In this document: positions 9,421-17,716 of the stretch, one piece after another
Layout of the letters: every line of letters starts with the position of its first letter
Numbering within the stretch: the stretch's first letter is position 1
Virus record (IMG/VR): IMGVR_UViG_3300027817_000001
Location: 793-64,792 of that record
DNA length: 64,000 nt
Strand: one strand, 5' to 3'
DNA from: a virus
Lineage: Duplodnaviria > Caudoviricetes
Position numbers and translations under genes: made by a program
Notes under the pieces: model-generated
What the model saw: only the letters and a program-made list of their open reading frames with translations
What the model was told of the DNA's origin: nothing
Databases searched by the model: none

Positions 9421-9990
9421 ATGCCAGTCACATCTAACGACGTCGCCAACCAAGCAATCTTGATGATCGGCGGCAATCAGCCGCTGGTCACCGGGTTGGC
9501 GCCGACGTTCGACAACTCCACCACAGGCAAGGCGCTGCAGAAGCTTTACGTCCCCTGCGTGCAGACGGTCGGCCGGCAATTTGGCTGGGACATGGCGCGG
9601 CGTCTGATCGCGCTGACGCTATCCGGCAACCCGGCGAATGTGCTGTGGCAGTTCGAGTACCTCTACCCGGCGAACGGCGTCCAAATCTGGCAGCTCGTGC
9701 CACCGGTGATCTCGGACCCGAACAACCCGCTGCCGACCACCTATTCGGTCGGGAACACCCTGGTCGGAGGGGTACAGACCAAGGTGATCTGGTCAAACCT
9801 CCAGGGCGCGCTGGCGAATTACAACAACAACCCGACCGAGAATGTCTGGGATCCGGGTTTCCGCGAGGCGGTGGTGCGGCTGCTCGCGTCCGAGCTGGCA
9901 ATGGCGATCGCCGGCAAGCCGGACGTCTCCCAAGGCTACCTTTCCAGCGGTGGCGCTTTTGAAAAGATCGCTGAAAGCAGGGATAGCTGA
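9421..9990 (+). CDS. tail adaptor/tubular protein A paralog 1
   Basis: DVANQA...WDMARR...WQFEYLYP...WDPGFREAVVRLLASELA. Confidence 0.8.
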   Translation: MPVTSNDVANQAILMIGGNQPLVTGLAPTFDNSTTGKALQKLYVPCVQTVGRQFGWDMARRLIALTLSGNPANVLWQFEYLYPANGVQIWQLVPPVISDPNNPLPTTYSVGNTLVGGVQTKVIWSNLQGALANYNNNPTENVWDPGFREAVVRLLASELAMAIAGKPDVSQGYLSSGGAFEKIAESRDS

Positions 9991-10610
9991 TGCCTCTCGC
10001 CCTAAGCTCGCCATCCGACATCATCAATCTGTCCCTGACCCGGATCGGGTACAAAGGGGATCGCGTTGGATCTCTGTATGAGGGGTCGGAGGCGTCCAAG
10101 TACGCGCTCGACATCTACGCCCAGACCAGGGATCAGATGCTGCGCGCCGGCGATTGGGGATTTGCTGAACGGAACGTCAACCTGACGCTGCTCAAGCAGG
10201 CGCCAGCCTCCGGCTATTTCCCGCCGAGTTCGTGGGATGGGACGGTCAATCCGCCGCCACCATGGCGTTACGAGTATGCTTATCCTCAGGATGCTTTGAA
10301 AGTTCGCTCGGTCAAGCCGGTGCCGATGTTCGTCATGGATTTCGATCCTCAGCCGAGGCCATTCGCGGTCGAGAACGACAATTATTTCGTCCCCTCCCAA
10401 AAGGTGATCCTCACCAACGTACCGAACGCCCAATTGGTGTATACAGGACAGGTCACGGACCCGCAGGTCTGGGAAGCCGATTTTGTCGATGCGCTGTCTG
10501 CGCTTCTTGGTAGGCTTTTGGCTCCGGTTCTGCTCAATATGGATGCTGCGAAATTTGCAGCGGCTGACGCGGCGCAGGCCGAGGAGAAGGCCGACGCACT
10601 ACGAGGATAG
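9990..10610 (+). CDS. tail adaptor/tubular protein A paralog 2
   Basis: DIINLSL...WGFAER...WRYEYAYPQDALK...WEADFVDALSALL. Confidence 0.8.
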   Translation: MPLALSSPSDIINLSLTRIGYKGDRVGSLYEGSEASKYALDIYAQTRDQMLRAGDWGFAERNVNLTLLKQAPASGYFPPSSWDGTVNPPPPWRYEYAYPQDALKVRSVKPVPMFVMDFDPQPRPFAVENDNYFVPSQKVILTNVPNAQLVYTGQVTDPQVWEADFVDALSALLGRLLAPVLLNMDAAKFAAADAAQAEEKADALRG

Positions 10611-10621
10611 AAAAACGACAA

Positions 10622-10683
10622 GGGCCACAACCCGTTTGCACCGGGGAGCGGCCCTCTAACCACAACGATGAGGAGCATCGAAG
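10622..10683 (+). promoter_or_regulatory. structured leader of EndoVII gene, RBS in hairpin loop
   Basis: gggcc...ggccc stem followed by cgatg-AGGAG-catcg hairpin 4 nt before ATG. Confidence 0.45.
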
Positions 10684-11211
10684 ATGGCTGAAGCCGGAAT
10701 ATCACATGTAATTATTGAGTGCACTAAGTGTCTCAAGCCAAAGCATCAATGCGACTTCTTTCTTGATAAGAGGCGCAAGTACCCAGCATCCATAAAACAG
10801 CCGTGCAGGTTATGCACGTCGGATAAAGTCAAAGCGCAAAGGTCGATAAATCCAGACCGCATACGACTTCAAGAGCGCGAATCGTGGAAGCGCAGATTTG
10901 ACATCAATGGAGAAAAGAAACGGTTCAGCGCGATGGGGTGGCGCCTAAAATACAAATTTGGGATAACCTTGGCCGACTTCTTGGCTATGATCGAAAAACA
11001 GGAAGGTAGATGCGCGATCTGCCAGATCGATGTCAAATCGCTTACGATCGGGAAAGGTCGTAGAGAGGCCGCCTGCGTTGATCACGATCACGAAACAGGT
11101 AAAATTCGAGGCGTGCTCTGCCATTCGTGTAACACTGGAATTGGTTTGTTGGGAGATAGCATTGGTATACTTGAAAAAGCGATCAAGTATCTAAAGGAGA
11201 GCTCGCCATGA
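10684..11211 (+). CDS. endonuclease VII-family (homing-type) nuclease
   Basis: CTKC...CRLC; KYKFGIT; CAIC...VDHDHETGKIRGVLCHSCNTGIG; lower GC. Confidence 0.88.
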   Translation: MAEAGISHVIIECTKCLKPKHQCDFFLDKRRKYPASIKQPCRLCTSDKVKAQRSINPDRIRLQERESWKRRFDINGEKKRFSAMGWRLKYKFGITLADFLAMIEKQEGRCAICQIDVKSLTIGKGRREAACVDHDHETGKIRGVLCHSCNTGIGLLGDSIGILEKAIKYLKESSP

Positions 11212-12107
11212 GTGGGACGCCAGCCGACATCGCGAATCAGGCGCTTGATGCCGCTGGCATTGATGCCACGATCGGTGATTTAGAAGAGGGTACAAAGCCG
11301 GCGCAAGTTCTCTTGCGAGCTTATAGCCAATGCTTGAGGCAGTTGCTCAGGGCGTGTCCGTGGGATTTCGCACGAACTCAGGCGCCGCTGGTCTTGCTTG
11401 GCGACGCGACTGGCAACACGATCGGCGTTGGCAACCATATCCAAGAGCCATGGATTTATTGCTACCGGTATCCGATCGACTGCATGAAGCTTCGCTATAT
11501 CCCCTGGAATTACGACCAGCACGCCGGCACTCCGCCGGGCAACATCGCGATTCCGACGAATATCCCGTTGACCACGGCGACCGGGCTTCCGAACTTCGTC
11601 GGTCGCCGGCTGCGGCCGAGCCGCTTCCTGATAGGCAATGACCCGAACTATCCGTCTCCTCCTGGATCCTCGTTCGGCGAGGTGCAGGGCGAATCGCCGG
11701 TAGGCTCGACCGTCATCATGTCGAACGTGCAGAAGGCGATCGGCATCTACACCCGATTCTTGCCTTATCCCAGCAATTGGGACCCGCTGTTTCGCGCGGC
11801 GTTCGTGTCCTATCTGGCGAGCGAGATCGCGCTGCCGCTGGCGAAGATGTCCGTGGTCGGCGCGAAGCAGGCGCTGCAGCTCCGCAAGGAGAACATAGAG
11901 ATCGCGAAGGCGAAGATCAAAGAGGCCCGGGTCATCGACGGGAACGAGCAGATGGCATCGAGCGATATCTCGGTGGATTGGATGCGCACGCGGCGCAGCG
12001 GTGGCTGGGGCACAGGCCGCGGCGGCTGGGGCGGCGGCGATGAAGGCCCGGGCACCTATGGCGGCGGCTATGACAGCCTAGCACTGGCTGACGGGAGCGT
12101 GTTCTAG
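11208..12107 (+). CDS. tail adaptor/tubular protein A paralog 3
   Basis: DIANQAL...WDFART...WIYCYRYPIDCMK...WDPLFRAAFVSYLASEIA. Confidence 0.8.
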   Translation: MSGTPADIANQALDAAGIDATIGDLEEGTKPAQVLLRAYSQCLRQLLRACPWDFARTQAPLVLLGDATGNTIGVGNHIQEPWIYCYRYPIDCMKLRYIPWNYDQHAGTPPGNIAIPTNIPLTTATGLPNFVGRRLRPSRFLIGNDPNYPSPPGSSFGEVQGESPVGSTVIMSNVQKAIGIYTRFLPYPSNWDPLFRAAFVSYLASEIALPLAKMSVVGAKQALQLRKENIEIAKAKIKEARVIDGNEQMASSDISVDWMRTRRSGGWGTGRGGWGGGDEGPGTYGGGYDSLALADGSVF

Positions 12108-12110
12108 GCC

Positions 12111-15100
12111 ATGGCAACACCGGTCATAAGCCCGTCGGCGTTCACGACTGGGGAGGTTTCGCCGAGCCTGTTCGGCAATGTCACGCTTGCGCGCATGCAT
12201 GCGGCGGCGAGCACCATGCGCAATTTCTTTATTCGGTACTCTGGGGGCGCCTATTCCCGGGCCGGGACGGCGCTGGTCGGGCTCTCAAAGCAGACCGGGC
12301 GCAGCTATCCGCCGCGGCTGATCCCATTTCAATTTTCGATCAACCAGGGGCTCTCCCTGGAGTTCGGCAACTTTTACATGCGGGTGGTGCTGAACGGGGC
12401 CTTTGTGACCGAAGGCCCTCTTGAAATCACATCGGCGTCAAACACTGACCCTGTTGCTCTTGGTCTGAATAACGTTGTTGGTGCGCTATCCGCGACGGCG
12501 AACACTGGCGGCGTGTCTTCCTCGTATGTCACGGGCGATACGGTTACCGTGGCTGGTGGAACGCACACCAGCCAGGCTTCATTTTTGGTGGCAAATACTC
12601 AGATAGCGAGTTTGGCGCCAAATGCTCTTGGCAGCGGGTATACTCCTGGTGATCTGATCACGCTGGCCGGCGGCAGCCCGCTCACTGAAGCCGTCGTGCA
12701 GGTAGCAAGCACGCAGGTTCTGTCAGCGACGCTCGTATCTGGCGGCCATTTAGCGACGTTAGCAAACGGTTCTTATTCCGCGACAGGCACGACGGGAGCC
12801 GGCACCAGATTTACTTTAAACGTCACGGTAAATACCAACGTCGTGACCGCCATCAACTCAATCACATCAAACGGATCGTATAGCACGAATCCAGCGAACC
12901 TTGGCGCTGAGCCAATCTTACTAACTGGATCGGGTAGCTCTGATACGAACCCGGTTGTTTCGCTTGTGATGAAGATTCGTTCTGTCGCATTATCCAACCG
13001 CGGATCGTATGCAGTAAACTCTGCGACGCTGACCCAGGCCTCGACAACTGGTAGCGGGACTGGCGCCACATTTAATTCAGCGATCTTTGCTCCAAACAAC
13101 CTAACAGTTGTCAACGCAGGATCATATACCGTTGTGCCGGCTAACCCCGCGACCCAGGATTCGACGAGCGGAAGCGGCGCTGGCGCGACCTACAATGTGG
13201 TTTGGAGTGCTGGCTATTCCCTGACTGCTGGAGACTGGATCTTTGTCCAGGGTGTCACCGGCATGGTTCAGCTCAATAACCAAGTCTTTGTTGTGCAGGG
13301 GAGTGGTTCAAACGTTTCGCTATTTGATGCCTACGGCAATTCTGTAGACGGAACGCTTTTTGGAGCGTGGACCGGTGGCGGTACAGTATCGCGGATCTAC
13401 ACCGCAGCCACAATCTATAGCGAGCAGGATCTGAAATATTTGAAATTCACGCAATCGGCTGACGTCATGTCGATCTGCTGCGTGAACCAAGACACCAGGG
13501 CCGAATATCCGCCGCAAGATCTGTCAAGAATATCGGACACTAATTGGGTTTTCTCGCCAGCGGTTCCTGCGCCTTCGGTGTCGCCTCCGCAATTCACCAA
13601 TATCATCGCGAACGGGACTGGCAACACCAATTATGCCTATGCTGTCACAGCGGTGAGCATGGTCGACGGCACAGAGAGCGTTGCGTCGCCGATTGCGATC
13701 GGAGCCAACTTTGTCGACATAGCCACCACGGCAGGAACGATCTACGTCTCGTGGTCCGCCGCCGCCGGCGCCAATCAATACAACGTCTACAAGGCTACGC
13801 CGAGCCAGACATTTCCCGTCCCTGGAGCTGCTCAGTTTGGGTATGCTGGATCTGCCTACGGCTTGCAGTTTATTGACAGCAATATTGTCGCGGATTTCTC
13901 TCAGGTGCCACCGACCCACAAGAATCCTTTTGCGCGAGGGCAAATCGTGGGAGTAACGGCAATTAACGGCGGCTCAGGATATTCGACAGCGACGGCCAGT
14001 GTACCTTCTGCCACTGGATCTGGGGCGGTCATTCAGCCCATTATTTCCAGCTTTGCGGTAGCAGCCTATCTCGTGCTTGATGCGGGCAGCGGTTATCAAC
14101 CGAATGACCCTATCGTTGTCGTTGGTGATGGGGCAGGAGCGACTGCTCGTCTTGTTGTTGGCCCACAGACCGGCACATATCCTGGTGTCGTCGCATACTT
14201 CCAGCAGCGCCGCGCCTATGCCTCGACGATCAACCAGCCCGACACGTATTTCATGTCGCAGCCTGGCGCGTTCACGAATTTTGATTCCAGGACGCCGCCG
14301 ATCGCGAGTGACGCGATCACGGGAACGCCGTGGTCGGAGGAGGTGAACGGAATTCAATTCATGGTGCCAGTGACTGGTGGCTTGATCGCGATGACGGGCC
14401 TTGAGGCCTATCTCGTGACCGGCACCGGGGGCAACGTGTTCTCGCCCCAGCCCCTCGCGCCGGCCAGCCAGCAGGCCCAGCCCGAAGGCTTCAACGGCTG
14501 TTCTCCGACCATCCCACCGATCCGCATCTATCAAGACGTGATTTATGTGCAGGCGAAGGGCTCGACCTATCGCGATTTCGCGTTTGATGTGTCAAACTAT
14601 ACCTACACTGGCGTCGACCTCACGCTGAATTCGTCTCACCTGTTCATCAACAACACGATCCTGCAACATGCGTGGTGTGAGGAGCCGTTCAAAGTTTTGT
14701 GGGCGGTGCGCGACGACGGCGTTCTATTGAGCTTGACCTATCAGAAAAAGGAGCAGGTTGCGGGCTGGGCGCGGCACGACACCAATGGGCAGTTTGTCAG
14801 CGTCTGTTCGGTGACCGAGCCGCCGATTGACGCGCTCTACCTCGCGGCAAGTCGACCGTTTAACGCGATGCTCTCGACCTACACGATTGAGCGGATTAAC
14901 TCGCGCCTTTGGAACTCGGTTGAGGACGTGTGGTGCGTCGATTGCGGGCTGAGCCTTGCGCAGCAGAGCCCGAACGCGACGCTGCAGGCGATCATTCCTG
15001 CGACCTATGGCGGGATTTCCGGCGTCACCAATCTGATCGGCGGATCGGGCTATTCCGTTGCGGCCACCGCAAGCGTGGTAGATGCACCGCTCGGCAACAA

Positions 15101-16031
15101 CGACGCCGGAGGGCCTGGAACAGGTGCCACCGCGACATTGACCATTGTGGGGGGCGTCATCACGGCGATCACGTTCCCGACCCCAGGATCCGGCTATCGC
15201 AACCCGCAGCTCGTGATTTACGACCCAGCCGGCAGCGAGGGCGGCTCGGGGGCCTCGGCGCAACTGACTTTGAGCACCATCGTGCAATTCCAGGCCTCAA
15301 GCGGCGTGCTTTCCGGCTTGACCGGGTATGATTTGCGGATGGGTGGCGGAATCGCAAGGATCACGTCGATCGTGTCCCCGACCCTGATCAATGCGACAAT
15401 GACAACCCCGTTCAGCGCGTTCCAGGCCAATGGCGGCGGGACGGTGCAGCCAGCGACATCGGGCAACTGGACGGTGTCACAGCCGATCACGGTGGTGAAC
15501 GGGCTGGATGTGCTGGCTGGGCAGACCGTGACAGGAATTGCTAACGGGCAGGTGATCACGCCGCGGGTGGTGAATGCGCTCGGGCAGATCACGCTCGACC
15601 AGCCGGCCAGCCAGGTGACGGTCGGCCTCGGCTTCCAAGCCCAGTTGCAGAGCGTCTATCTCGACGCGGGCGAGCCTACGGTGCAGGGTCAGCGGAAGAA
15701 GGTAGGCGCGGTCACCGCGCGCGTGGAGGCGTCGGGACCGTTCTTGATCGGGTCGAACCAGCCGGACGGGTCGACCGTGAGTCCCATGCAGGTCGCGCCG
15801 ATCTGGAGCAATTTGACCGCGGCGCCGACCGGAGCAATCGCGCCATATCCCGGCTCCGCAGTGCCGCTCTATACCGGCGATATCCGAATTCCGGTGCAGG
15901 GCGGATTCCAACGGCCGGGACAAGTCGCGATTCAGCAGGATTTGCCGCTTCCTGTGCAGATCCTGGCGTTCATTTCCGAAGCATGGGAGGGTGACAACCC
16001 GGCCCAGGCCGCCCCTCAAAAACAAGGGTAA
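12111..16031 (+). CDS. tail nozzle/tubular protein B with inserted beta-repeat domains
   Basis: FTTGEVSP, LIPFQFS, LEFGNFYMR, TQSADV, YPGVVAYFQQR, EQVAGWARH motifs; 1306 aa with G-GSGY repeat inserts. Confidence 0.88.
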   Translation: MATPVISPSAFTTGEVSPSLFGNVTLARMHAAASTMRNFFIRYSGGAYSRAGTALVGLSKQTGRSYPPRLIPFQFSINQGLSLEFGNFYMRVVLNGAFVTEGPLEITSASNTDPVALGLNNVVGALSATANTGGVSSSYVTGDTVTVAGGTHTSQASFLVANTQIASLAPNALGSGYTPGDLITLAGGSPLTEAVVQVASTQVLSATLVSGGHLATLANGSYSATGTTGAGTRFTLNVTVNTNVVTAINSITSNGSYSTNPANLGAEPILLTGSGSSDTNPVVSLVMKIRSVALSNRGSYAVNSATLTQASTTGSGTGATFNSAIFAPNNLTVVNAGSYTVVPANPATQDSTSGSGAGATYNVVWSAGYSLTAGDWIFVQGVTGMVQLNNQVFVVQGSGSNVSLFDAYGNSVDGTLFGAWTGGGTVSRIYTAATIYSEQDLKYLKFTQSADVMSICCVNQDTRAEYPPQDLSRISDTNWVFSPAVPAPSVSPPQFTNIIANGTGNTNYAYAVTAVSMVDGTESVASPIAIGANFVDIATTAGTIYVSWSAAAGANQYNVYKATPSQTFPVPGAAQFGYAGSAYGLQFIDSNIVADFSQVPPTHKNPFARGQIVGVTAINGGSGYSTATASVPSATGSGAVIQPIISSFAVAAYLVLDAGSGYQPNDPIVVVGDGAGATARLVVGPQTGTYPGVVAYFQQRRAYASTINQPDTYFMSQPGAFTNFDSRTPPIASDAITGTPWSEEVNGIQFMVPVTGGLIAMTGLEAYLVTGTGGNVFSPQPLAPASQQAQPEGFNGCSPTIPPIRIYQDVIYVQAKGSTYRDFAFDVSNYTYTGVDLTLNSSHLFINNTILQHAWCEEPFKVLWAVRDDGVLLSLTYQKKEQVAGWARHDTNGQFVSVCSVTEPPIDALYLAASRPFNAMLSTYTIERINSRLWNSVEDVWCVDCGLSLAQQSPNATLQAIIPATYGGISGVTNLIGGSGYSVAATASVVDAPLGNNDAGGPGTGATATLTIVGGVITAITFPTPGSGYRNPQLVIYDPAGSEGGSGASAQLTLSTIVQFQASSGVLSGLTGYDLRMGGGIARITSIVSPTLINATMTTPFSAFQANGGGTVQPATSGNWTVSQPITVVNGLDVLAGQTVTGIANGQVITPRVVNALGQITLDQPASQVTVGLGFQAQLQSVYLDAGEPTVQGQRKKVGAVTARVEASGPFLIGSNQPDGSTVSPMQVAPIWSNLTAAPTGAIAPYPGSAVPLYTGDIRIPVQGGFQRPGQVAIQQDLPLPVQILAFISEAWEGDNPAQAAPQKQG

Positions 16032-16036
16032 TCCAG

Positions 16037-16669
16037 ATGCGACGCCTTCTTGCCGTTCTGTTTTCTCTCCTCGCCTCGTCCGCCGTGGCTCAAATCCCGG
16101 GCGGTGGCGTCAACCAGTCCGGCACGGTGACGACGGGTGACTGCGCGAAATGGCTCGGCTCTGGCGTGATCGCAGATGCTGGTGCGGCCTGCGCTTCCGG
16201 TGCACCGTCAGGCCCGGCCGGAGGTGCGCTCAGCGGGACCTACCCCAACCCGCAATTAAGCGCCGCGCGCACGTTTTCGACGCCAGCAGCGCCGACCGGG
16301 ACCAGCAGCACAGCCGCTCCCATCATGATGGGGCTTGCCGGGTCGATCACGCCCGCCTCGTCTGGGAAAGTTCTTATATCGGTCCCGGCGCAGTTGAACC
16401 AGACCACCGCAAACGATGGCTGCTTTATCGCGATCAGGACCGGCACCGGCGCGACTCCGGTGAATGGAGCAGCGGCAACAGGAACCGTCGCATCGGTAGC
16501 GGTGGGCTGGTTTGCACCAGCCGCAAATTCCTTCGCGCCGGTCACCCCTATGGGATACGTGACTGGCTTGGCTATCGGGACTCCGTTGTGGATCGATGTG
16601 ACGTTGCAGGCAATTACCGGCGGCTCATGCTCTGTGACGTCTGTCGGGATTATCGCCATTGAGGAATAA
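16037..16669 (+). CDS. signal-peptide-bearing fibre-like protein
   Basis: MRRLLAVLFSLLASSAVA|Q; GPAGGALSGTYPNP motif of phage fibres; 4 Cys. Confidence 0.7.
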   Translation: MRRLLAVLFSLLASSAVAQIPGGGVNQSGTVTTGDCAKWLGSGVIADAGAACASGAPSGPAGGALSGTYPNPQLSAARTFSTPAAPTGTSSTAAPIMMGLAGSITPASSGKVLISVPAQLNQTTANDGCFIAIRTGTGATPVNGAAATGTVASVAVGWFAPAANSFAPVTPMGYVTGLAIGTPLWIDVTLQAITGGSCSVTSVGIIAIEE

Positions 16670-16687
16670 TGGTGTTATTGACGTGGG

Positions 16688-17149
16688 ATGGGGCGATTTG
16701 AGACCATTCCAGGCCGTCAATTCCACTGCGGGGCCATAATTCGGCGCCTGCGTGCCGAGCATCGCGCCGCCATTGCGACGCTTGGCGTCTCTCCGCATCG
16801 CAGCCTGCGGTCGAATTTCGACATTTCGATGTTTACGAGAGCGTGGCTTGTCGACGGCGAGCTCGCCGGTCTGGGCGGCGTGACCGGATCGGAGATCTCG
16901 TCAACTGGGTATGTCTGGCTGGCGCTATCCGAGCGAGCCACGCGATTCCCGGTCGAGATCGTGAAAGAGACCCAACGGCAAATGGCGCGCATCCTGCTGA
17001 CCAAGCGCGAATTGGTGACGCTGATCATTCCCGAGGATAAGACATCACTTCGATTTGCAACATGGCTCGGATTTGAGACCGTGGACCCAACGCCGATCCC
17101 GTGCGGCTCCGGCCGTGCCATGCTGATCCGATATACCACAGGAGACTGA
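16688..17149 (+). CDS. GNAT-fold acetyltransferase-like protein (T7 gp13-like position)
   Basis: GYVWL, SLRFATWLGF motifs; lies between nozzle and internal virion genes. Confidence 0.75.
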   Translation: MGRFETIPGRQFHCGAIIRRLRAEHRAAIATLGVSPHRSLRSNFDISMFTRAWLVDGELAGLGGVTGSEISSTGYVWLALSERATRFPVEIVKETQRQMARILLTKRELVTLIIPEDKTSLRFATWLGFETVDPTPIPCGSGRAMLIRYTTGD

Positions 17150-17152
17150 TCC

Positions 17153-17713
17153 TTGGCATTCGCTCCATTGCTTGCAGTTGCGGCGACCGGCCTTTCCGCG
17201 GTCGGCGCGGTCGAGGGCGGCATCGCATCCAAGAACGCTGCCGATTACCAGGCACAGGTCTCGGCGAACAACGCCACGATCGCCAACCAGAATGCGGCCT
17301 ATGCCATGGCATCCGGTGAGGCACAGGCGGCCAACCAGAGCCGGAAGGGCGCGGCCAATATCGGCCAGATCAAGGTGAAGCAGGCCGCCAGCGGGGTCGA
17401 CGTGAACAGCGGGTCGGCCGTGGACGTGCAGACCGGCCAGCGCGAAACCAATCAGCTCGACACCGAGACCGTGCTCAATAATTCCGAACTGCAGGCGTAC
17501 GGTTATCGTACCCAAAGCACGAATTTCCAAGCTCAATCCCAACTCGACACGATGCAGGGCGAGCAAGCCGAGGAGGCGGGCTATCTGAAGGCCGGCGGGG
17601 ATCTCCTATCTGGTGCATCAGGGGTCGGAGGGAAATGGACTGGGCTCACCAGCAACAATCTCGGCAGCTCGCTCATGGGCGGCGGCAGTCCGTCAGGCTA
17701 CGGCACGGGTTAG
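17153..17713 (+). CDS. internal virion protein (T7 gp14-like)
   Basis: TTG start after AGGAG; hydrophobic Gly/Ala N-terminus; AASGVDVNSGS motif. Confidence 0.75.
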   Translation: MAFAPLLAVAATGLSAVGAVEGGIASKNAADYQAQVSANNATIANQNAAYAMASGEAQAANQSRKGAANIGQIKVKQAASGVDVNSGSAVDVQTGQRETNQLDTETVLNNSELQAYGYRTQSTNFQAQSQLDTMQGEQAEEAGYLKAGGDLLSGASGVGGKWTGLTSNNLGSSLMGGGSPSGYGTG

Positions 17714-17716
17714 ACC

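Noticed and set aside
16688-17149. GNAT as toxin partner of the DUF1778-like ORF
   Set aside because: Its position and motifs fit the conserved virion-module acetyltransferase, not AtaT/TacT toxins
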